Shown: positions 21,089-28,828 of the stretch, piece after piece
Layout of the letters: every line of letters begins with the position of its first letter
Numbering within the stretch: position 1 is the stretch's first letter
Assembly: GCA_043809315.1 (NCBI GenBank)
Contig: JAZDDX010000036.1
Span: 1-38,908, forward strand
DNA length: 38,908 nt
Direction of reading: 5' to 3'
From: Pseudomonadota bacterium
GTDB lineage: Bacteria; Bdellovibrionota_G; JALEGL01; DATDPG01
The notes under the pieces: generated by a model
What the model was told of the DNA's origin: nothing
The model's database searches: none
The model's input: the letters and a program-made list of their open reading frames with translations, nothing else
Made by a program: the position numbers and the translations under genes

Positions 21089-22582
21089 ATGGAGGACCAT
21101 CGTCAACTGGCCAAGGGGGTGTTGGTCAACACCCTTGGTGTCTTCGCCAAGGGGAGCCGCGCGCTCTACCTCATCGTCTTCTCCCGGCTCCTGGGGAGCG
21201 AGTTCTTCGGCCTCTATATGTTGGCGTTTGCCCTGCAGGAGGTCGTGAGCAAGATCGCCGTTCTGGGGCTCGATCAGGGAACCATGCGCCTCGCCTCCTC
21301 CTATCGTGCGCGAGATAAAGGTCCGCAGATTCGCTCCGCCGTCGAGCGTGTGCTGATGGTTTGCATCGGCTGGAGTGCTCTCGTCGCCGTGGTGTTCGGC
21401 TTCTCCGCCACCTGGCTTGCCAACGACCTGCTCAACAAACCGACGCTTGCCTCCCCCTTGCGGAACTTCGCCTTCGGAATGCCGGCCGTCTGCGCCACAT
21501 CGGTCCTGGTCTATGCCATCCGCTCCACGCTCCGGATGCAGTACGAGGTATACGTTCGTTCTCTCGCGGAGCCGTTCATCGTTCTGATCCTCGCTGTCAT
21601 CGGAATTCGAGCAAAGCTGGGGGTGAACGGGATCGTCTTCGCCCACAACCTGGCGGCTTTCGTCGCGCTGGGGCTCGCGCTCTTTTTCTTCTATCGAAAT
21701 TTTCCGAAGAACGACGCGAAGAAGGAGCGAGTCGACTGGGGGTTTTTGTTCCACAGCAGCATCCCGATGGGATCGATGGAGTTCCTGTCGATGTTCAAAA
21801 TGCGCCTCGACCTGATGATCATCGGTCGCCTTCTCCCCCTCTCCTCCGTCGGGATCTACAGTGCGGCCGTCGAGATCGCTTCGTTGCTTCGGAAAACACG
21901 GGCCACCTTCGACCCGGTCCTTCTTCCGATCGTCCAGATGCTCCACGAGCGGAAGGAGTCGAAGCGGTTCAACGAGAATCTTGCGTTGGCGCTCCGCTGG
22001 ATCCTGGTTCCCTCGCTTGCGCTCATGGGAACGATGTTGCTGATCCCCCGGGGTTATATGCATGTGTTCGGGGCGAGCTTCGAGGCGGGGGCGTTGGCCT
22101 TGAGCATCTTCGCCGTAGGGCAGCTCTTCTACGTAACCCTCGGCCTTCTGGAGGGGGTGATGGCGGTCACCGGGTTCGCCTACGTGACGCTGGTCAACTC
22201 GATCACACTGGTGATCGTGAACGCCTTTCTGCTGATTCTGTTCGTACCTCATTGGGGACTGCCGGGGGCCGCCGCCGCAACGGCGATCTCGTACGTGGGG
22301 GTGACCCTCTGGCGCCTGGCGCAGGCGAAGCGGCTCCTCAATACCTGGCCGTTCAGCCGATCGCAGCTCAAGCCGATCGCGGCATTCCTCGTCGCTCTGG
22401 CGGTACTTGCGCTCATCAAGGCCTGGATCCGGCCGCAGTCGTTCCTGCTGGAGATCGCATTTGGCGTCGGGTTCCTTGCCCTCTACGGGACCGGGATTCT
22501 GACATTCCGCCTGGAAAAGGCCGACCAAGATATCTTGGGGGCGATTCGGCGGAAGCTTCCGCGAAAAAGAAAAATCGGCTAA
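21089..22582 (+). CDS. Wzx-like polysaccharide flippase (MOP superfamily)
   Basis: About 12-14 TM segments; SRLLG.E.FGLY.LA, LGLDQG..R, DLMIIG.L...VGIYSAA, LVP.WG..GAA.AT patterns. Confidence 0.88.
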   Translation: MEDHRQLAKGVLVNTLGVFAKGSRALYLIVFSRLLGSEFFGLYMLAFALQEVVSKIAVLGLDQGTMRLASSYRARDKGPQIRSAVERVLMVCIGWSALVAVVFGFSATWLANDLLNKPTLASPLRNFAFGMPAVCATSVLVYAIRSTLRMQYEVYVRSLAEPFIVLILAVIGIRAKLGVNGIVFAHNLAAFVALGLALFFFYRNFPKNDAKKERVDWGFLFHSSIPMGSMEFLSMFKMRLDLMIIGRLLPLSSVGIYSAAVEIASLLRKTRATFDPVLLPIVQMLHERKESKRFNENLALALRWILVPSLALMGTMLLIPRGYMHVFGASFEAGALALSIFAVGQLFYVTLGLLEGVMAVTGFAYVTLVNSITLVIVNAFLLILFVPHWGLPGAAAATAISYVGVTLWRLAQAKRLLNTWPFSRSQLKPIAAFLVALAVLALIKAWIRPQSFLLEIAFGVGFLALYGTGILTFRLEKADQDILGAIRRKLPRKRKIG

Positions 22583-22595
22583 TGTTCGCCGCTTC

Positions 22596-23309
22596 ATGCA
22601 CGGGGAATTGACCTGCGAAGGGAAGATCCACCTGGGGCCGCTTTCGGCGGAAACTCGGCGTCGTCTATCCGAACTCCGCGGTGACTGGCTGGAATATTCG
22701 TCCGCGGACGACACGGTCGTCGGGCGGCACGTCCAGCCGACCGGATGCCCGGCTCTGTCCGCCGTCCCCTGCGAGCTGATCGCGATGCTGGGAATTCTGA
22801 CCCCCTCTGAACGAGAGAAATCGGCCGGTGGGGAGTTCCGACTCTGGGGTCACGAAGGGAGTTGGGTCCGTGTCCTGGCTGAGAAAGGGGAGGTCCGGAT
22901 CCAGTGGCCGCATCTGGACTACTCGAAGACGGTTCCGGTTCCAGCCGAGAAGGCGATGGCGGGGATCAATGCGCACGAGGCGAGGATCCGTGGCTGGGTC
23001 CGATTTCGCGGGGGAAAGCGGGAAATTCAATCGATATCCGATCTTCTCGACCGGTTCGAAGGTCTCTACCCGGAAGGGGAGATCGTGTCGGCCGTAACGG
23101 GAGAGACGGTTCGGATCGAGTTCAAGGATGTAAACATCGGACCCCGGGAGCTCCTGGGAGCGTTCCGGGAAATCGTGCAACTCGAAACGTCACTCGACGG
23201 CGAGCTGGATGTCGGTTCGTTCGTTCGCGACCTCGAGTCGAACGATTTCCGGATCGTGATCCGTCGTGGCAGCGTGGAGATGGTTCGGCCTTCAATCTGG
23301 AGAGGATGA
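22596..23309 (+). CDS. Hypothetical protein with internal duplication
   Basis: Fills the gap between flippase and acyl-CoA dehydrogenase with tight spacing; two similar halves. Confidence 0.7.
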   Translation: MHGELTCEGKIHLGPLSAETRRRLSELRGDWLEYSSADDTVVGRHVQPTGCPALSAVPCELIAMLGILTPSEREKSAGGEFRLWGHEGSWVRVLAEKGEVRIQWPHLDYSKTVPVPAEKAMAGINAHEARIRGWVRFRGGKREIQSISDLLDRFEGLYPEGEIVSAVTGETVRIEFKDVNIGPRELLGAFREIVQLETSLDGELDVGSFVRDLESNDFRIVIRRGSVEMVRPSIWRG

Positions 23310-23312
23310 AAC

Positions 23313-24479
23313 ATGGATTATTTCCTGACCGATGTGCAGAAAGAATTCGTCCGGCTCGCCCGCGAGTTGGCAACCAAGGAGCTCCGTCCCGTGGCGGCGC
23401 AGTACGACAAGACGGGGGAGTTCCCCTGGCCGGTGGTGAAAGTGTTGGCCGAGACCGACCTGTTCCGCGTCTTCATCGATGACGCGTACGAGGGGCTCGC
23501 CGGCGACTCGCCGATCTTCAACATGGTTCTGGTCACCGAAGCGCTCTCGTGGGGATGCGGCGGGATCGCCCTCGCGTTCGCCGGAACGGCGCTCGGCACG
23601 CTGCCGATCATCCTCTCCGGGAGCGAGGAGCAGAAGAAGAAGTGGCTGCCCGACATCGCGGCGGGGAAACGGCTGGCCGCCTTCGGCCTGACGGAGCCGA
23701 ACGCCGGCTCCGACGCCGCGGCGATCAAGACGACCGCCCGGAAGGAAGGGGACCATTACATCCTGAACGGAACGAAGCAGTGGATCACGAACGGCGGGGA
23801 GGCGGAGGTCTACACCGTCTTCGCGCTGACTAACCCGGAGAAGGGGGTCCGCGGCGCCTCCTGCATCGTGGTGGAGAAAGGGACCCCGGGATTCAGCTTC
23901 GGGAAGAAGGAAGATAAGATGGGGATCCGCGCCTCGGCAACACGCGAGCTGGTCTTCGAGAACTGCAAAGTCCCGGTCGCGAACCGTCTCGGTCCGGAAG
24001 GGACGGGATTCATCACGGCGATGCGGGTCTTCGACACGTCACGTCCCGGCGTGGCGTCCCAGGCGGTCGGGATCGCCCAGGCGGCGCTCGATTACGCGGT
24101 GGAGTACGCCTGCACGCGGAAGCAGTTCGGCGCGCCGATCGGGGCGCTCCAGGGGGTCCGCTTCATGCTGGCCGACATGGCGATGAAGGTGGAGGCGGCC
24201 CGCGCGCTCACGTACGCGGCCGCCCGGTACATCGATTCGAAGCCGAAAGAGAGGCCGACCGCGGTTTCGGCGATGTCGAAATGTTTTGCGTCCGACGCCG
24301 CCGTCTCCGTCACGGCCGACGCGATCCAGGTCTTCGGCGGGTACGGGTACATGCGCGAATACCCGGTCGAGAAACTCCTCCGGGACGCGAAGATCACGCA
24401 GATCTACGAGGGGACGAACCAGATCCAGCGCGACGAGATCGGCAAGGCGCTGATCTCCGGACACTACGCCCGGCACTGA
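23313..24479 (+). CDS. Acyl-CoA dehydrogenase (short/branched-chain type)
   Basis: AFGLTEPNAGSD, NGTKQWITNG, KMGIRAS, RKQFG, FGGYGYMREYPVE, IYEGTNQIQR. Confidence 0.96.
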   Translation: MDYFLTDVQKEFVRLARELATKELRPVAAQYDKTGEFPWPVVKVLAETDLFRVFIDDAYEGLAGDSPIFNMVLVTEALSWGCGGIALAFAGTALGTLPIILSGSEEQKKKWLPDIAAGKRLAAFGLTEPNAGSDAAAIKTTARKEGDHYILNGTKQWITNGGEAEVYTVFALTNPEKGVRGASCIVVEKGTPGFSFGKKEDKMGIRASATRELVFENCKVPVANRLGPEGTGFITAMRVFDTSRPGVASQAVGIAQAALDYAVEYACTRKQFGAPIGALQGVRFMLADMAMKVEAARALTYAAARYIDSKPKERPTAVSAMSKCFASDAAVSVTADAIQVFGGYGYMREYPVEKLLRDAKITQIYEGTNQIQRDEIGKALISGHYARH

Positions 24480-24482
24480 CGG

Positions 24483-24779
24483 TTACAGCTTTTCGACGAT
24501 CTTCAGGAAATCGGTGTACGGGACGGCGGTCCAACTCTCCGCCGAGATCGCCCCGAGCGATCGGGTGAGGAGCGAGACACGGGCGGCGGTCTCGGAGTCG
24601 GGAGCATCGTAGAGATCCATGAAATCGTAGGGGCCCAGAAGCGCGTAGTGGGCGATCCACTTCACCTTGGGGCACTTCGCGGCGACCGTCCGCTTCCATT
24701 CCTCCCCCCGTTTCCGCCGGCTCTTCAGGTTGCTGGCGATCTCGGGGCCGAGTTTCGTCATCAGAACGTAGGTAGGCAT
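24483..24779 (-). CDS. GYD-domain protein
   Basis: MPTYVLMTKL...YALLGPYDFM..YDAPD...A signature. Confidence 0.85.
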   Translation of the reverse strand: MPTYVLMTKLGPEIASNLKSRRKRGEEWKRTVAAKCPKVKWIAHYALLGPYDFMDLYDAPDSETAARVSLLTRSLGAISAESWTAVPYTDFLKIVEKL

Positions 24780-24792
24780 CGGCTCTCTCCCT

Positions 24793-26076
24793 TCACTCGT
24801 TGACTCGCTGGGTGAAACTGATTCTTCCCTCTTCGTTGCCACCCGACAGGATCGCGGCCAGGATCTTGGAATCCTCCGCCACGATCTTCGAAGTGCGCAC
24901 CTTTTTTTCCGTCAGGTACGTCTGGATTCCCGCGAGCGTTTTCTTTTTCTCCTCCGGCGTCAATCGTTTCCAGCCGGCACGGTAGGTGTGCACCACGAGC
25001 GTCCCGTCCTCGATCGTCGCGGTGACGTTCTCGAGCGGGATGCCGTATCCCGCCAACCGAAGCCGCGGAAGGAGAACGATCCAGACGACGAATCCGGTGA
25101 CCGCGACGGCGGTGAGAATCATCAGAAGATTGAAGATCGGGTACCGCTTTTTTCGTTGCACCGACGGGGCGGCCCCTTTCTTCTTGACCAGCGGCGTATG
25201 GAACCCGGCGTCGGTGTCGCTTTGTTTCCGGGCGGAGCGGATCCTGTGCAGACGCTCGAGGATCGAGGCCAGCGGCTGTTTCCAAACGGGATCCTCCACC
25301 TGAGCGAGCGACTTTTCAACCGCTTCGAAGAGATCGATCTTCGGTTCGTCCAGCCGCGTGCTGAGATCGTTCAACCCTTTCCGGCTCCTCTCCTCGACTT
25401 CTGTGTCCAGTGCGATGATCGCCTCCTCCGTGCGCAGTTCGGCGCCATCCAATCGTTCGAGGAGTCGCGTGAGGATCGGGGCGAATATGGGGGCGGAACT
25501 CCCCGGGTCTTTCTGGAGGAGGGGAAGAACGGCCCGGAAGACACCGAACTGGGTCCGCAGGAGGATCAACTCGCGAGCGAGTATCTGAAGCGGTCCCCGT
25601 TTGGCGTACGCCTCCTTCTCGAACGGGGAGATCTCCCCCAAGAAATGAAGGTAGGGGGAATCGGGGAGTTCGCTGGTCACCGCTTCCCCCAGGATTCCGC
25701 TGTCGGCGATGAGGATCTCCCGCGCCACCTCGAGAGGGAGATCGGGTTTATTGGGCTGGGAGACGAGGACGACTCGGAGTCGTTCGTTCTGCGCGTCGGT
25801 CAGCTTGTCGAACTTGAGTCCCAACACGTTCGTAAACCCCTGGACCGGGGTCTTCTTTGGAAGCAATCGGACAACGGTCGCCGGAAGGTCGAAGCTGTTC
25901 TCTCCCGCAAAAGGGATCCGGAGGACGATCCGTGTGCCGAGCTTCTGCTCTTCCGAGACGGCTACGAGGGCTCCGGAACGAACGGCGCTCAAGATCCAGC
26001 CGCGATGTTCCTCCGAACCGATGCTTACGGTCACCGGTCCCGGGATCTCGACACGGGAAGAAGGTCTGCTCACCAT
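24793..26076 (-). CDS. PilZ-like domain protein with coiled region and C-terminal TM
   Basis: N-terminal RPSSRV, ATVVR...LGLKF PilZ pattern; helical middle; TM IFNLLMILTAVAVTGFVVWIVLL. ATG overlaps the upstream stop. Confidence 0.7.
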   Translation of the reverse strand: MVSRPSSRVEIPGPVTVSIGSEEHRGWILSAVRSGALVAVSEEQKLGTRIVLRIPFAGENSFDLPATVVRLLPKKTPVQGFTNVLGLKFDKLTDAQNERLRVVLVSQPNKPDLPLEVAREILIADSGILGEAVTSELPDSPYLHFLGEISPFEKEAYAKRGPLQILARELILLRTQFGVFRAVLPLLQKDPGSSAPIFAPILTRLLERLDGAELRTEEAIIALDTEVEERSRKGLNDLSTRLDEPKIDLFEAVEKSLAQVEDPVWKQPLASILERLHRIRSARKQSDTDAGFHTPLVKKKGAAPSVQRKKRYPIFNLLMILTAVAVTGFVVWIVLLPRLRLAGYGIPLENVTATIEDGTLVVHTYRAGWKRLTPEEKKKTLAGIQTYLTEKKVRTSKIVAEDSKILAAILSGGNEEGRISFTQRVNE

Positions 26077-27341
26077 TCCTTTAAGACTCCGTTTCGCACG
26101 ATCCATCCCCCGCCAACCATGACATCGGTGACCCAATCGGGTCGGCCGGAGTAAACGATCGCGCCGTAGAACTCGTTGTCGGTCCTGGGTTCGCGAAGCG
26201 ATCCGAAGGCGGCGGCATCAAGAAAGACGGCATCGGCCCACTTCCCCTCTTCCAGGCTTCCGATCGAGTCGTCCCAGCCGAGCGCCCGTGCCCCCTCGTA
26301 GGTCGCCAGGAGAAACGCCTCTCGGGCGGCCATCGCGTCGGCCCCGTGTTTCGGTTTCGCAAGGAGCGATGCGAGACGCATCTCCTCCCACTGATCGATC
26401 CGGTTGTTGCAGGCGGCGCCGTCGGTCCCGAGCGAAACCGGGATCCCCCGTTTCCGGAGCGTGACGATGTCGGCGATCCCGGAGGCGAGCTTGAGGTTGG
26501 AGGAGGGGCAATGGAGGACGCGCGTTTTTCTGCGGATCAGCGTTTCGATCTCTCTCTCCGAAAGGTGGATGCAGTGGGCGAGGCAGGATCGTTCCGAGAG
26601 AACACCAATCTTCTCAAGATAGTCGACGTTCCCCATCCCGAACATCCGGCGAACCGTTTCCATCTCGGCCGGGCTTTCGGATGCGTGGGTGTGGAAGAGA
26701 GTTTCAGGGAACTCCCGGAGAAATGAGTGGGACTCCCGCAGGAGCTGCTCGGAGCAGGTCAGAACGAAGCGCGGGGTCCATGCGAAACGGAGACGCTCCT
26801 CTTTCCCATGCCACTTCTGGGCCAGTTGTCTTGCCTCGGTCAGAGATTGATCGGTCTCCTCCCGGAATGACGGGACAAGTTCATTCCGATCGATCAGGCA
26901 TTTGCCGAAATAACCGCGGATCCCGCTTGCGAGCATCTCCTTTGCGATGACGTCGGTGTGACGGATGGTCCCCATGTCCATGATGCAGGTGGTCCCGGAA
27001 CGGAGGAGTTCCGAAAGCCCCGTTCGGACCGAACGACGGAGAGAAGCGGCGGTTAAGGCGGCCTCGTACGGCATGATCCGGTCTTGGAGCCAGTCAAGGA
27101 GGGGGAGGTCGTCGGCGAGCCCCCGCGCGCCTGTTTGGCAGAGGTGAATGTGGGTCTGAACGAAGCCCGGGATCGCGATCCGGTCGGAGAAATCGAGGGT
27201 GTGTTTTCCGCGCGCCTCTTTCGCAGTCAGGATGCCGGCGATCCGGCCGTCACGGATCGAGAGGATCCCGTTCCGGACGACGCGAGGGTATTTCCCTCCC
27301 GTTACGATCGCTCGCGTCCAGACCGTTATTTCCTTGGGCAC
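26070..27341 (-). CDS. Amidohydrolase, MtaD/5'-deoxyadenosine deaminase (TRZ/ATZ) family
   Basis: PGFVQTHIHLCQT, HTHASES, LAHCIHL, HCPSSNLKLASG, LGTDGAACNN, GSLEEGKWAD. Confidence 0.9.
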   Translation of the reverse strand: MPKEITVWTRAIVTGGKYPRVVRNGILSIRDGRIAGILTAKEARGKHTLDFSDRIAIPGFVQTHIHLCQTGARGLADDLPLLDWLQDRIMPYEAALTAASLRRSVRTGLSELLRSGTTCIMDMGTIRHTDVIAKEMLASGIRGYFGKCLIDRNELVPSFREETDQSLTEARQLAQKWHGKEERLRFAWTPRFVLTCSEQLLRESHSFLREFPETLFHTHASESPAEMETVRRMFGMGNVDYLEKIGVLSERSCLAHCIHLSEREIETLIRRKTRVLHCPSSNLKLASGIADIVTLRKRGIPVSLGTDGAACNNRIDQWEEMRLASLLAKPKHGADAMAAREAFLLATYEGARALGWDDSIGSLEEGKWADAVFLDAAAFGSLREPRTDNEFYGAIVYSGRPDWVTDVMVGGGWIVRNGVLKEW

Positions 27342-27392
27342 CGCCCCGATAGTAGCTCGTACGGCGCCAAAAACAAAACGCGCGGGACAGGG

Positions 27393-28604
27393 CTAGTTGG
27401 GCGGGTCGTTCACGATTCGATCGATATAATGGCAGTCGACCTGCAGCAGGTCCGACGCGACGAATTGTGTACCCCCATCCCAGATAGCCTCGACCACGAA
27501 TTCTACGGTCTGGACGCTGATCGAGCTGTTCGAGTTGCAAACCGCGAACGTTTCAGGCGAAATCGCATTGGATCTGACCGTCCAGTTGGAATCCCACGTG
27601 AATGGCCCCCAAGTGGAGCAAACGGGTTCAGGTCCGTTTTCGTCGCTTCGAATGGTCACGCCGCGGTTCGTCGGGATGTCCGGCGTCTCTACCGGTGTAG
27701 GGGTCGGTGTCGCTGTGCGGTGCGGCGTCGGTGTCGGTGTCGGTGTCGGATCGGCACAGTCGGCCGAATACAGTTTGTATTTGACCCTGAACCCCTCCAC
27801 AGAAGACGCTTCGGTCCAGCTGAGCGTGACATTCGGTTCTTGTTCGAACACGCCCATCAAGTTACTCGGTGGGTCTGGCTGTTCGGTGATCGGGGTCGGT
27901 GTAGGGGTCGGTGTCGGAGTATCCGTCGGGGTCGACGTCGGCGTTGGCGTGTTGGTCGGGGTCCCGGTCGGCGTTGCTGTGGGCGTTGTGGTCGGCGTTG
28001 CGGTCGGCGTCGATGTGGGTGTTGCGGTCGGGGTCGCGGTCGGAAGGACGTATCCGGAGCAAGAAATCTGGACCTGGTCAGATTCGGAGGTGCCGCCGAG
28101 AACGCCCACTGCTCTGATCTTGAAGCCTAGGATACGGGCCGGATTCACGTCGCACTGAGAGCTGACGGAATCGCCGTACGAAGAGGAATAGGGGGACGGT
28201 TTTCCTGAATCCCTGGGGAGTAAGTGGAGGGGGTTGGTGGTGATAAAGTCTTGCCAATTCGAATCGGAATCGACGTCGTATTTGATCGAGAAATAATCCG
28301 CGTCGTTATGAGGTTGATTCCACCAGAGAGTGACAAAGGAAGCGACCCCATTGGAAGCGATGACGTCCGCCAGAAGATTTTCCGGCTTGCTGACCCTGGG
28401 TTCCACATAGTCCGTCACGGTCGCGATGGGCGTGGGGGTTGCGGTAGCGAACACCGATTCATCTGCTGGCATCGGCGTCGGCGTATCTGTGACGATGTAG
28501 TTGGAGTTGTTCGCCTGATTTCCGGCCTTCCCGCCGCAACTCGGGAGAAGACCGAATCCCAGACACATGAGTCCGAAAACGAATAGGGCGGCGGTTCGTT
28601 TCAT
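27393..28604 (-). CDS. PT-repeat lipoprotein with two FN3-like domains
   Basis: RBS GAGGAG; lipobox LPSC; P.NL...VTL.W...F.(I/V)KY...F.(I/V).A(V/I)...SD pattern twice, separated by a PT linker. Confidence 0.75.
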   Translation of the reverse strand: MKRTAALFVFGLMCLGFGLLPSCGGKAGNQANNSNYIVTDTPTPMPADESVFATATPTPIATVTDYVEPRVSKPENLLADVIASNGVASFVTLWWNQPHNDADYFSIKYDVDSDSNWQDFITTNPLHLLPRDSGKPSPYSSSYGDSVSSQCDVNPARILGFKIRAVGVLGGTSESDQVQISCSGYVLPTATPTATPTSTPTATPTTTPTATPTGTPTNTPTPTSTPTDTPTPTPTPTPITEQPDPPSNLMGVFEQEPNVTLSWTEASSVEGFRVKYKLYSADCADPTPTPTPTPHRTATPTPTPVETPDIPTNRGVTIRSDENGPEPVCSTWGPFTWDSNWTVRSNAISPETFAVCNSNSSISVQTVEFVVEAIWDGGTQFVASDLLQVDCHYIDRIVNDPPN

Positions 28605-28647
28605 AAATCCAAACTCCTCTCGCTTTACGTAGGAACTAACAACACTC

Positions 28648-28656
28648 ATTCTATCA
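28648..28656 (-). promoter_or_regulatory. Extended -10 promoter element
   Basis: Minus strand TG-A-TAGAAT within an AT-rich tract upstream of ATG 28604. Confidence 0.5.
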
Positions 28657-28714
28657 CAATAAATTATGTTAAATATTAATAAATTAAACGAAACACCACG
28701 TTTTATGCTATTTA

Positions 28715-28732
28715 TGTAAACATAAGTTTACA
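28715..28732. promoter_or_regulatory. Palindromic operator TGTAAAC-N4-GTTTACA
   Basis: Perfect 7-bp inverted repeat in an AT-rich divergent intergenic region. Confidence 0.65.
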
Positions 28733-28828
28733 ATTTATTCATTTTTGGGGTGGGAAAGGAGCGGATCTCCATTCCCTTTTCCCAGCCCCACCTCTTTGGT
28801 ACGGTCCCTCGGGGGAAGGGGGTAGCGA

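Noticed and set aside
21059..22714. Long antisense ORFs (also 3944..5353, 5205..6539, 31525..33267)
   Set aside because: They lie opposite well-supported genes, as expected from GC-rich codon bias, and show no motifs.
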